Shown: positions 37,764 to 46,951 of the stretch, one piece after another
How positions within the stretch are numbered: the first letter of the stretch is position 1
Layout: each line of letters starts with the position of its first letter
From: Polyangiaceae bacterium
GTDB taxonomy: Bacteria; Myxococcota_A; Polyangia; Polyangiales; Polyangiaceae
DNA: 46,951 nt
Reading direction: 5' to 3'
NCBI GenBank assembly: GCA_033763455.1
Contig: JANRKO010000041.1
Location: 1 to 46,951, forward strand
Translations under genes and position numbers: made by a program
The notes under the pieces: model-generated
Databases searched by the model: none
The model's input: the letters and a program-made list of their open reading frames with translations, nothing else
What the model was told of the DNA's origin: nothing

Positions 37764-38399
37764 TTAGGGGCACACCGGCACGAAGGCTGCACTACAGCAG
37801 AAACGCGGAAGATTCGTCGCAGCATCTTGGCATGCGTCCACCAAGAAAGGCGCCGAATCAGCTCCCGTGAGCTCCCACGTTACGGCGCGTTCGCCCGAAC
37901 AAAATGCCGAAGCTTCGTAGCGGAGATACTTGCCGTCGCAATATTGGCAGGAATCCGGACAGAACGCACCACTCGCTTCTGGCACACAGTGCCCGCACAA
38001 CGCGGGCCCGCAACACACGCTGCCACCACCACAGGTATCTCCTCCACACGGGCCGCCTCCACCCAGAGAGCTTTGGCTTCCGCCACTACTAATTACCTGC
38101 GCGGCTCCACCCGTTCCAAGAGTACCCGCCGCGCCACCACTCGTTGGAGCCACGCCACCAGCTCCGCCAGAACTAGCAGATGCGCCACCGGAACTTGACA
38201 ACACGCCGCCAGAATGTGCGCCACCCGAAGCCGTTTGCCGCCCGCCCGTGTTTGCCGAAGCGCTGCCACCCAAAGCAGGCCCCACGCTGCCACCCCCCGT
38301 GCCACCCGCGGGCTTACTGGAGCTTGAGGTGCCGCCACACGAAGCGAGAAGCCCTAAGCTCACAACCAGTGGCCCCCGAAACCGCGTACCTAACACCAT
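37764..38399 (-). CDS. Gly-rich-linker, Cys-rich putative lipoprotein
   Basis: Lipobox LLASC, GGSGG linker and Cys-rich C-terminal domain typical of myxobacteria. Confidence 0.7.
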   Translation of the reverse strand: MVLGTRFRGPLVVSLGLLASCGGTSSSSKPAGGTGGGSVGPALGGSASANTGGRQTASGGAHSGGVLSSSGGASASSGGAGGVAPTSGGAAGTLGTGGAAQVISSGGSQSSLGGGGPCGGDTCGGGSVCCGPALCGHCVPEASGAFCPDSCQYCDGKYLRYEASAFCSGERAVTWELTGADSAPFLVDACQDAATNLPRFCCSAAFVPVCP

Positions 38400-38444
38400 G
38401 CGCAACAGGTTAACATACGCAAGCCTAAAAAAGGCAAACGGAAG

Positions 38445-38999
38445 CTAATTCATCGCGAAGGTCACATTGAAAGACGAGACCGGGCGCACCTTACCACCCG
38501 CAGCAAGCGGGCGAACGGGGGCATGAATCGCATCCATCACTGCGACCAGATCGGAAAAAGGCACGGCGTTGCTCGCATGCAAGATGGCCTGATCCAGCCT
38601 TGTATCCGTTGGGGCACGATGAACGCCATTTTTGCCCCATTCCTGCTCGATCCTTTGCGCTAAATCCGGGAACCGATACGCCCCATCATTCCCAACACTC
38701 ACCGAACGTCGCGGGACCTCAATGCTATCGATCACCACTCCGCCTTGCTTCCACACCAACTGAAACTTGTGCTCTCCCAAGATCTCAACGTGCAGTTGCT
38801 TGTCCCGTCCCTCACTTGTGGAGCCGTCTGGGGCACCCGGCACCCGAGCATCCGCGTTCACGCGCGCAAGCTGGGACCATACCGCGGTAACGAGAAGAAA
38901 GGCCACCAAACACAACAGAAAGTCGATAAACGGCACAAGCGGTAGCTCGTGGTTAGCCGTTCGTCTGCCTGTAGAACCACCAAAATTGATACCTGCCAT
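38445..38999 (-). CDS. ExbD/TolR family protein (AglQ/AglS-like)
   Basis: ELPLVPFIDFLLCLVAFLLVTAVW TM with conserved Asp; VPFSDLVAVMDAI. Confidence 0.88.
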   Translation of the reverse strand: MAGINFGGSTGRRTANHELPLVPFIDFLLCLVAFLLVTAVWSQLARVNADARVPGAPDGSTSEGRDKQLHVEILGEHKFQLVWKQGGVVIDSIEVPRRSVSVGNDGAYRFPDLAQRIEQEWGKNGVHRAPTDTRLDQAILHASNAVPFSDLVAVMDAIHAPVRPLAAGGKVRPVSSFNVTFAMN

Positions 39000-39139
39000 G
39001 AGCCGCTCCTTTGCCAGATCCGTAAATTGGATCTTTGGAACCCGAGCGCTCGAAACGCTTGGGTGAAAGGCTGTCTCGCAGTCCGCCATCCGGGGGCCTT
39101 ACCTGCGTTTGTTGGTTTTAGACGCGCCGCAGGTGGCGT

Positions 39140-39331
39140 GCTCAGCTCATCCGAACCCGAGGGATCGTGATTGAAGATCTTGAGCAGGTTCTAGGAGCCC
39201 TCGACGATTAACAGGCTGGAAAGGCCGACTTTGCAGATTACCTAATCCTTGGGAGGGCTCGCGCTCGGGGCGGACCGCTCGTCACGTTCGATCGGAAGTT
39301 AGGAAGAGAGTCCGGCGTCGAATTTTTGTAA
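39140..39331 (+). pseudogene. PIN-domain VapC toxin remnant
   Basis: AQLIRTRGIVIEDLEQVLGALDD*QAGKADFADYLILGRARARGGPLVTFDRKL...; internal TAA at 39209 and no N-terminus. Confidence 0.8.
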
Positions 39332-39355
39332 CTTGGGCTGGGCCGCTACGTTCCC

Positions 39356-41260
39356 TTAACCCCGACGCCGCCGGTACCAAATCGTAAAAACCGATACCAG
39401 CGAAACCAGCGAAGCCCACGAAGCTGTTTCGGCACCACTTGCTCCTGGCAACGCCGCGCAACCGCGACGCGCGGCGGGCCCCGATTTGGATGACCCAGAG
39501 CCCGAATTAACGCTTGGGGCTGGGCCGAGTGCGGCGATGAAATCACCCAACGCTGCGAGCGAAACGTGGCTGGCTTTAACCTCAACGTTTGAGGCAAGTT
39601 TGGTGGCGCCGAGTGCGCAACCCGCTACAACGGCTGACCCACTGTAGCTGTGCTTTTCTCCATTTTGATCGAGCGTGTAGGAAACATTCACGTTGATGTC
39701 CGCGCTACCCACTACCGGTACGAAGAAGGTGGCCACTCCGTCCGCGGCGGACTTCGCTGCACTGCAGGTTTTCCCCGAGCAGAGTGCTTGCGCGGCGCTC
39801 ACAGGCACCGAGAATTCTCCAGAAGCCTCCGCGCGCACTTTGGCGTCAACGATAGGATCGCCAGATTTCAGCGGACTGGTACCCGCGGTGCTTTCACCAG
39901 AATAGGCAACTTTAACACTCACCTCGCACAAGCGTGGTGCCTCGAACACCGCACGGACATCGCCCAGATCCGCACAATCGCACGCCTGGGGCTTGCAGCT
40001 CGGTCGATTGCCGACACTTTTCTGGACCATCGGAGACGCAAAGGCTGGACCGAGAAAAATGCCCGCGGCACCGCGCGCGCTGACCCGCGCCATCATGGTC
40101 TCGCCCTTCTTGCCGTTCCTATCAACGTCTTCATCGGGCGTTTCCGACTTCATGAGATCTGAAACAAAGAACCCGTCAGCGCCGGTCATGATGGCGGCGG
40201 TACCGCCCGTGTACGAAACTCCGCTCACCTGCACCGAGGCACCGGCGAGGGCGACCCCACCAGCATCGACCAGGCGGCCCTTCACACACGTACGGGTCTG
40301 CACCGGCCGGTCACAATTCCACGTGGAAAAGTGAGACGTTGAAAACGCGATAAACAGCGGCCCCTTGCGAGTACCTGCATTGATCTCTGGCAGCGCGGAT
40401 TCCGCGATAACGGCTCCGCTCTGATCTTGGAGCACTCCGTCTTTCTCGGTTACCCACTCCGCCGTCGTCTCATTGAAGCTATACATAGGCACTTCGATGC
40501 GATCGTTACCTGGCACGAGGTCAACCAACGTAGCCCACGAAGCGGGGTTGGCTTCGTACCTGACGCTCACCGGCGAAGGCACAGTGCGAACTTTGTTCCC
40601 CGCCGCATCTCGAAAGTCGATCTCCATGAATCCGGAAGAAATAAGCAAGTTTTCTGAAGAGTCCGTGAAGGTTCCAGGGAAGCGGTCGATATTCCGCAAG
40701 GGATCATAAGCTTCAGCATAACCGCGCACTATCTTGGTGCCTCCCGAAAAGCCAGAGATATTCACGCCACCACTCGGTGCGGAGCAGCCACTTTGGCCGC
40801 AACTAATCTCCTGCAGAGGCGCCAAGCTAACGTCCAGATTTGGGTTTTCAAACAAGGTAGAGATCTGGCGCACTACGGTGGAGTAGCCTTCACGCTCGAA
40901 CGTGATGATGGCAGGCAATGGCCCCCCGTCCAGCAATGCATCAAACCCCCTTGCACTGTACGCTCCCACCAGATTGGTTGCAAAGCCGATAAAGGCGAGG
41001 TCAACCTTGGTTGGATCAAGATCATAGCTCAGCTTATAGTTGCCTTGATCGTCTACCGTTGCGGTCAGCGCTTCAAACTTGGAGAATTTCCCATTGCGAT
41101 CAAGGTCAAGCTGCAACGTTGCTTTGACTCCACTCGGCAGCACGCCATCGGCCATCCCCACCTTGCCGGAGATTTCAAAAAGCTTGGTGGCGCTCGCCGT
41201 GTGCGCGAACAAAAATACTGCGACTACGCCTAGAAGTCCCGTAATTCGTGCTTGCTGCAT
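39356..41260 (-). CDS. Secreted multi-domain protein (carboxypeptidase-regulatory-like domains) with MYXO-CTERM-like tail
   Basis: Signal peptide, SHFSTWNCD motif, C-terminal GCAA...TM...RRRRG. Confidence 0.75.
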   Translation of the reverse strand: MQQARITGLLGVVAVFLFAHTASATKLFEISGKVGMADGVLPSGVKATLQLDLDRNGKFSKFEALTATVDDQGNYKLSYDLDPTKVDLAFIGFATNLVGAYSARGFDALLDGGPLPAIITFEREGYSTVVRQISTLFENPNLDVSLAPLQEISCGQSGCSAPSGGVNISGFSGGTKIVRGYAEAYDPLRNIDRFPGTFTDSSENLLISSGFMEIDFRDAAGNKVRTVPSPVSVRYEANPASWATLVDLVPGNDRIEVPMYSFNETTAEWVTEKDGVLQDQSGAVIAESALPEINAGTRKGPLFIAFSTSHFSTWNCDRPVQTRTCVKGRLVDAGGVALAGASVQVSGVSYTGGTAAIMTGADGFFVSDLMKSETPDEDVDRNGKKGETMMARVSARGAAGIFLGPAFASPMVQKSVGNRPSCKPQACDCADLGDVRAVFEAPRLCEVSVKVAYSGESTAGTSPLKSGDPIVDAKVRAEASGEFSVPVSAAQALCSGKTCSAAKSAADGVATFFVPVVGSADINVNVSYTLDQNGEKHSYSGSAVVAGCALGATKLASNVEVKASHVSLAALGDFIAALGPAPSVNSGSGSSKSGPAARRGCAALPGASGAETASWASLVSLVSVFTIWYRRRRG

Positions 41261-41569
41261 GTACTCTTCCTTGGTGCCTTCGAAACCCCGCTCCCGCGAC
41301 GCATTGACCGAAAATCCACAATGATCGGTGGCCCCCACCAAGCTCCAAGCTGCCGGCCTAAGCAAGCGCTGTGCCCAAGCAAGGCAGGCTGCCGATTTCG
41401 CGTGATCACGTCCAGGTAACGGCTCCCCCTATGACAGTTCGGTCAGGCCTTGCTGCACTCGCCGTGATGAGCGCCAATTTCGGCCCTCGGTCACGACTGA
41501 CGCCGCCTGAGGCTAAGTTCAACGGGAACCGAGCTTGTCAGCTTTAAGGTGGCGCCCTACACCTGCAGG

Positions 41570-42625
41570 ATGCGTTGGCCGATCCCAGCTACGGTAGCGG
41601 CTATTCTTGGCCTGGGCTCGTTAGCCTTCGCGCTTCGCTCTGAGTCACCCGGAAAAAGCAAAGCCGCTTCAGGCCCTGCCGCAAAGAGCGGGCCGCTTTT
41701 GGTAACAACTCACACCGTCCAAGTTGCACCTTTCGCGGTTAATCTGCCAGCCACCGGTACGTTGTTTGCCAGAGAGTCCGTCGAGTTGGTGAGCGAGCTC
41801 AGCCGCCGCTTAGTGCGGGTGCCGGTGGATGAGGGACAGTCGGTGAAAAAGGGTGAGCTCTTGTTCGAGCTCGACTCTGCCGATCTCGTAGCTCAGATCG
41901 CCAAACTCGACGTGCAGATCCAGTTGAACCGAGCCACTCTGGCAAGAAGCGAGAAGCTGGTCGCAGAGGGTGTGTCGGCAACGAGTGATCTTGAGCTCGC
42001 CCAGGCCAACCTCGACAGCCTGGTGGCAGAGCGGCGGGTGCTCGGTGTCACGCTTTCAAAGACTCAGATTAGAGCGCCCTTCGCGGGCGTGTTGGGGCTA
42101 CGCCGCGTAAGCCTTGGAGCTTGGGTTTCACCGAGCACAGTCTTGGCGACCTTGCAGGATATCTCTTCGTTGAAGCTCGATTTTGCTTTACCCGAACGTT
42201 ACGCGGGGCTGCTCGCGGTGGGCGCGGAGTTTAGCTTCAAGGTTGCGGGGCAGGGCCAACCGTTCAGCGCCAAAGTATCAGCGCTCGATCCGGTGGTGGA
42301 CACTAAGACGCGGAGCATTTTGGTGCGCGGCGTGGTGGAGGGCCAGCCCGGACTCTTTGCGGGAGCTTTTGCCAACGTAGAGGTGCCTATCCGCGTGGAG
42401 CAGGCGTTGTTCGTGCCGGCAATGGCCGTGATGCCCGGCGCCCTCGGACGACAAGTCTTCGTGGTTGAAGGCACTCAGGCGACGGCGCGTTTGATTGAGA
42501 TAGGCGAGCGAACGGCCGATCGCGTTCAAGTGCTTTCAGGCTTAGCAGCGGGAGATCGCGTGATTGTGAGCCATCTTTTGCGCTTGCAAAATGGGAGTAC
42601 TGTGCGCGTGGGCGAAGGGAAGTAG
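41570..42625 (+). CDS. RND efflux periplasmic adaptor (MFP)
   Basis: EGQSVKKGELLFEL, IRAPFAG, DPVVDTKTRS, GLAAGDRVI. Confidence 0.94.
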   Translation: MRWPIPATVAAILGLGSLAFALRSESPGKSKAASGPAAKSGPLLVTTHTVQVAPFAVNLPATGTLFARESVELVSELSRRLVRVPVDEGQSVKKGELLFELDSADLVAQIAKLDVQIQLNRATLARSEKLVAEGVSATSDLELAQANLDSLVAERRVLGVTLSKTQIRAPFAGVLGLRRVSLGAWVSPSTVLATLQDISSLKLDFALPERYAGLLAVGAEFSFKVAGQGQPFSAKVSALDPVVDTKTRSILVRGVVEGQPGLFAGAFANVEVPIRVEQALFVPAMAVMPGALGRQVFVVEGTQATARLIEIGERTADRVQVLSGLAAGDRVIVSHLLRLQNGSTVRVGEGK

Positions 42626-42631
42626 CCCCGG

Positions 42632-45600
42632 ATGACCCTGGCCGAGTTGAGCATTCGCCGCCCCGTGCTGGCGATCGTGATGACCGTTGCGATTGTCGTG
42701 TTCGGGCTGGTTGGGTTTTCTTTTTTGGGGGTGCGCGAGTATCCGGCAGTGGATCCTCCGGTCGTCACAGTGACGACAAATTATCCGGGGGCGAGCCCAG
42801 AGGTGATCTCCTCGCAAATCACCGAGCCGATTGAGCAGAGCATCAGCGGCGTTGCGGGGATCCGCGTGATTTCGAGTACTTCGCGCGATGGGCAAAGCTC
42901 CATTCGGGTAGAGTTTGATTTGGGTGTGCCCATGGACGAGGCCGCCAACGACGTGCGCGATAAAGTCAGCCTCGCGCGGCGACAGCTGCCAGCGGACGCT
43001 GATCCATCCACCGTAGAGAAAGCCGATGCGGACTCTTCCCCGATCGTTTTTCTGACGCTGAAGAGCTCCAGCAAGAGCATCTACGATGTCGCGTACGCAG
43101 CCGACACTATCGTAAAGGAGCGGGTTCAGACGATTCCTGGGGTGGCGACGGTGCGCATCTTTGGAGACAAGCGCTACGCGATGCGGCTTCTCTTGGACGC
43201 CGATAAAATGGCCGCACATCGCATCACGCCGAGCGATATCGAGAGCGCGCTTCAGCGCGAAAACGTCGATCGGCCGGCGGGGCGCTTAGAGGGCACCACC
43301 ACCGAGCTGGGCCTCCGCTCCTTGGCTCGACTTGTCACGCCCGATGACTTTAACCGCTTAACTCTCCGTACAGAAAACGGACACGTGGTGCGTTTCAGTG
43401 ATGTGGGCCGGGCGGAGCTCAGCGCGGAGAACCTACGGTCGGGCGTGCGAAACCTCGGCGTGCCCATGATTGGTGTTGCGATCATTCCTCAGCCCAATAC
43501 CAATGCGATCGCGATTGCGGATGAATTTTACAAGCGTTTGGTGGAAATCAAGCAGGCCCTTCCCCCCGAGATAGAAGCGGATATCGGCTACGATTTTACG
43601 CGCTACGTTCGAAAATCCGTGACGGAGGTCGAAGAAACACTGGTCATCGCGTTTCTGCTGGTGGCGTTCATCATTTTCGCATTCCTGCGGGATTGGAGGG
43701 CCACGCTCATTCCAGTTGTCGCCATTCCTGTGAGCATCGTTTCGGCGTTCTTTATCATGTACATCGCCGGGTTCTCGATCAACGTGCTGACCCTGGTGGG
43801 CTTGGTGTTGGCGATAGGGCTGGTCTGCGATGATGCGATTGTTGTTCTGGAGAACATCTACGCCAAAATCGAACGGGGCAGGACTCCGCTTGAGGCCTCC
43901 ATCGAGGGATCGCGCGAGATATTTTTTGCCGTTGTCTCGACAACGATCACGCTGGGTGCCGTTTTTCTGCCCATCATTTTTCTTGAGGGGTTAACCGGGC
44001 GCCTGTTCCGAGAGTTTGGTGCGGTGGTCGCGGGTTCGGTCCTTGTGAGCGCGTTCGTCGCCCTCACCCTCTCGCCCATGATGTGCCGCTTTGTGCTAAA
44101 GAAGCGGGCAGATCCGGGTTGGCTACACAGGGCTTCCGAACCGTTTTTCGAGAGTCTCACGCACGGCTACCGAGTTTCGCTCGCGGCCTTCATGCGAGTG
44201 CGCTGGCTCTGTCTTCCCATCTTGGTCGGTCTCGGTGCTTACACCGTCTGGGCCTTTCAAGGCCTCGGGCGGGAGCTGGCTCCGCTCGAAGATCGCTCAA
44301 ATATTCGCGTGAACGTTCGCGCGCCCGAAACGGCCAACTTCGAGTACACTGAGCGAGCACTCGACGAAGTGGCCCTCTGGGTGAAGGACAACGTTCCCGA
44401 AGTGAGCCGCACGTTCAGCATCGCAGCTCAAGGCGGCACGGTGAACACCGGCGTCCAGAATGTGTACCTGAAAGAGCCCAGCGAACGCGTTCGCACGCAG
44501 CAAGAAATCTTCGAACAGCTCTCCCGGGGCCTGGGTGGCTTTTCGAGCCTGCGGGTGTTCCCCTCCCAACCGCCCACAATTGGTGAGCGCTTTGGCGGCC
44601 AGCCCCTGCAATACGTGATTCAGGCTCCCTCCTACGACGAAATGGTGAAGGTTCTCCCGAAGTTCCTCAAGGCCGCCCAAGAGCGGAAAGAGCTGCGCTT
44701 CTTGGACGCCGACATGAAAGTGAATCGCGAAGAGGTGAGTGTGGTGATCGATCGCGATCGCGCGGCGCTTGTCGGGGTAAGCGCTTTGGATATTGCTCGC
44801 ACGCTGGAGCTCGCCTTCGGTGACAGGCGGCTTGGCTATTTCGTAATGAACGGCAAGCAATACCAGGTGATGGGTCAGCTGGAGCGCAGCTTTCGCAGCG
44901 AGCCGAACGATCTGAAACGCATTTTTGTGCGAGGCCGCGACGATCAAATGCTCTCCTTAGATAGCTTGGTGAAGCTTCAGACCGAAACGGTTCCGGCGGC
45001 CATTTATCGCTTCAATCGCTACGTTTCAGCCACCATTTCGGGTGGTCTCGCTGAGGGTTACACACTCGGTGATGGTATTGCCGTGCTCGATGAAGTTTCC
45101 TCGAAGGTTCTCCCGCCAGCCTTCAACACGACCTTGGCTGGGCAAGCGCGCGAGTTCAAGGACAGTTCTTCGAGCCTAGTGTTCGCCTTCGCGCTGGGCC
45201 TCTTGATTGTGTATTTGGTCTTGGCTGCGCAGTTTGAGAGCTTTCGTGACCCGCTGATCATTCTATTAACCGTGCCGTTAGCCTTGAGTGGTGCGGTGCT
45301 GGCCTTGGAAGTCACGGGGTCAACCCTGAATATCTTCAGCCAGATTGGGCTCATCATGTTGGTAGGGTTGGTAACCAAGAACGGAATTCTGATTGTTGAG
45401 TTTGCCAATCAGCGGCGGGATGCCGGGCTCGGCAGAGTGGAGGCAGTCATGGATTCCGCGAAGGAACGCTTTCGCCCGATTTTGATGACAAGCCTGGCAA
45501 CCATTCTCGGGGTTTTGCCCATTGCGTTGTCCCTTGGAAGCTCCGCGGGGAGCCGGCAATCGCTGGGAATCGCGGTTGTGGGCGGCCTCATCGGCGCCAC

Positions 45601-45721
45601 CTTCCTCTCCCTCTTCTTGGTCCCGGCTTTGTACGCCTTGTTGTCGGCCCCTCGTCGGAAAGCGGAAGAACGTGAGGGGAGGCAAACCGGCGCCGGGCGC
45701 GCTTACTTACCGAGCCCGTAG
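42632..45721 (+). CDS. RND efflux transporter permease (AcrB/MdtB-like)
   Basis: SIRRPVLA, GLVCDDAIVVLENI, KNGILIVEFA, RFRPILMT; 1029 aa. Confidence 0.96.
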   Translation: MTLAELSIRRPVLAIVMTVAIVVFGLVGFSFLGVREYPAVDPPVVTVTTNYPGASPEVISSQITEPIEQSISGVAGIRVISSTSRDGQSSIRVEFDLGVPMDEAANDVRDKVSLARRQLPADADPSTVEKADADSSPIVFLTLKSSSKSIYDVAYAADTIVKERVQTIPGVATVRIFGDKRYAMRLLLDADKMAAHRITPSDIESALQRENVDRPAGRLEGTTTELGLRSLARLVTPDDFNRLTLRTENGHVVRFSDVGRAELSAENLRSGVRNLGVPMIGVAIIPQPNTNAIAIADEFYKRLVEIKQALPPEIEADIGYDFTRYVRKSVTEVEETLVIAFLLVAFIIFAFLRDWRATLIPVVAIPVSIVSAFFIMYIAGFSINVLTLVGLVLAIGLVCDDAIVVLENIYAKIERGRTPLEASIEGSREIFFAVVSTTITLGAVFLPIIFLEGLTGRLFREFGAVVAGSVLVSAFVALTLSPMMCRFVLKKRADPGWLHRASEPFFESLTHGYRVSLAAFMRVRWLCLPILVGLGAYTVWAFQGLGRELAPLEDRSNIRVNVRAPETANFEYTERALDEVALWVKDNVPEVSRTFSIAAQGGTVNTGVQNVYLKEPSERVRTQQEIFEQLSRGLGGFSSLRVFPSQPPTIGERFGGQPLQYVIQAPSYDEMVKVLPKFLKAAQERKELRFLDADMKVNREEVSVVIDRDRAALVGVSALDIARTLELAFGDRRLGYFVMNGKQYQVMGQLERSFRSEPNDLKRIFVRGRDDQMLSLDSLVKLQTETVPAAIYRFNRYVSATISGGLAEGYTLGDGIAVLDEVSSKVLPPAFNTTLAGQAREFKDSSSSLVFAFALGLLIVYLVLAAQFESFRDPLIILLTVPLALSGAVLALEVTGSTLNIFSQIGLIMLVGLVTKNGILIVEFANQRRDAGLGRVEAVMDSAKERFRPILMTSLATILGVLPIALSLGSSAGSRQSLGIAVVGGLIGATFLSLFLVPALYALLSAPRRKAEEREGRQTGAGRAYLPSP

Positions 45722-45993
45722 GGCTCGGCGATCAGTACTCGCTTCAAGCTTGGGTAGCGGCCTGTTGGGAAGTTGAAGCCGAGTGTTGACCGTCGCAACG
45801 GCCTAGCCAACCGCCCCGCCGGCCAACAGGGTCAGGCCAAGGACGCACACTTCCTTAAGGACACACATCCACGCCAACGCAAGCTTCGGCCCAAGAATCG
45901 ACAACAAGATTCACACCTCCCGTTAAGTGGCATCTGCACCTGGCCGTTGCCAGCCATGGCGGCCCCCATCACACCCCGCCCGAGGAGAGATTC

Positions 45994-46599
45994 ATGAAAC
46001 TATACGGAACACTTATTGGCGCTATCTTGGGAACACTGGTTGCCTCAAATGCACTCGCTGCAAGCGCGCCCGAAACCCACGACGGCTTCTACATGCAACT
46101 CCAGGGCGGCCTTGGATACTACAGCACCAGCGCCGAGACCCTGGGTGTGAAGGCCGAGTATTCGGGCGCTACCTTTGCAACGTCCTTCCTCCTCGGTGGA
46201 ACTCCTGGAGCGGGCCTGGTTGTTGGTGGCGGGATGATTCTTGACTACGGCTCATCACCCACCGTGGAGATCAATGGGCAGGAGGTCCCGAACAGCATCT
46301 CCTCGCAGTATATTGTCGGGATTGGACCCTTTGTCGATTACTATCCAGATCCAAAAGGCGGCCTACACTTTCAACTATTCCCGGGTTGGGGCGGTCTTGA
46401 AAGCGCGTCGAACGGCAACGTGGGTGGAAGCGATCCCACTGGCCTCGTGCTTTCGCTTGGTGGCGGGTACGAATGGTGGTTGAGCGACCAATGGAGCGCC
46501 GGCGTGCTGGGGCGACTGATCTACGCTCCGCTCAGCATGAATGACGTCGACTACACCGTGGTTGAGCCTGCAGTGGTTGCAAGCTTCACGTATCACTGA
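45994..46599 (+). CDS. Outer-membrane beta-barrel protein
   Basis: RBS GAGGAG, signal peptide, THDGFY, amphipathic strands, C-terminal FTYH. Confidence 0.8.
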   Translation: MKLYGTLIGAILGTLVASNALAASAPETHDGFYMQLQGGLGYYSTSAETLGVKAEYSGATFATSFLLGGTPGAGLVVGGGMILDYGSSPTVEINGQEVPNSISSQYIVGIGPFVDYYPDPKGGLHFQLFPGWGGLESASNGNVGGSDPTGLVLSLGGGYEWWLSDQWSAGVLGRLIYAPLSMNDVDYTVVEPAVVASFTYH

Positions 46600-46623
46600 A
46601 GAGGCATCGCTGGTCTCGCTTTC

Positions 46624-46728
46624 CCGTTCTGCTTTTTCACTCCTCCATTCTGCCTTTTAAGTTCCCTATCCTGCTTCTCGATCTACCTATTCTGCTCCTT
46701 TACTTTCTTATCCTGCTTCTCTTTTTCT
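46624..46728. repeat. Five degenerate direct repeats with exact 21-bp period
   Basis: TYCTGCY core with CTGC at 46629, 46650, 46671, 46692 and 46713 in a pyrimidine-rich tract. Confidence 0.85.
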
Positions 46729-46885
46729 CCGCATAGAACCTCGGCGTTCCTGCTCTCAGTTGATCAAGACAGCCGCGCCTCGATCCGCTATGGGATCCCC
46801 GATGCGCGGCCTAATTAGTTCTCATCCAGAAACGGCAAGAGCTCGAAAATAAAGCTGTTCTTGATGGTTAATGATGGAAATAAAA

Positions 46886-46950
46886 GCATCGGAGTGCGTG
46901 TTTTCTCGGGGTTCCTCCAAGAACGCTCGAAAGAAACGGCACTCCGATGC
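46886..46950. repeat. Long inverted repeat / hairpin
   Basis: Perfect 12-bp arms GCATCGGAGTGC / GCACTCCGATGC with a partly paired interior (gttc/gaac). Confidence 0.8.
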
Positions 46951-46951
46951 G

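Noticed and set aside
45722..45993. Possible riboswitch upstream of the beta-barrel gene; short repeat aaggacRcaca x2
   Set aside because: No recognisable aptamer consensus, and the repeat is too short to support a call.
46624..46728. CRISPR array
   Set aside because: The 21-bp period is far too short, the repeats are degenerate, and there are no cas genes in the window.

Overview
The window looks like chromosome from a Myxococcota (probably Polyangiaceae-like) bacterium, judging by a MYXO-CTERM-like tail, Gly/Pro/Cys-rich lipoproteins and an AglQ/S-like ExbD. Bases 1-7155 are an accessory region. It starts with the end of an IS3-family element. Next comes a minus-strand integron-type cassette array (HEPN-like protein, KAP NTPase, hypothetical, NUDIX, GNAT, Tat-type secreted protein, GNAT) separated by attC sites that generally decay with distance from an attI-like site at ~7079-7097. 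No intact integrase is present. Immediately to the right, three tandem 11-bp direct repeats matching the CarH/CarA/LitR operator consensus overlap the promoter of a DUF393 plus RpoH-like sigma factor operon, a candidate light-controlled sigma cascade. The rest is mostly core genome: glycan modification, DNA repair, signalling, SppA, hisH/hisF/proB, an RND pump and a beta-barrel. It also holds a VapC pseudogene and, at the right edge, a 21-bp-phased repeat tract and a long hairpin. All calls come from motif reading by eye; no searches were run.
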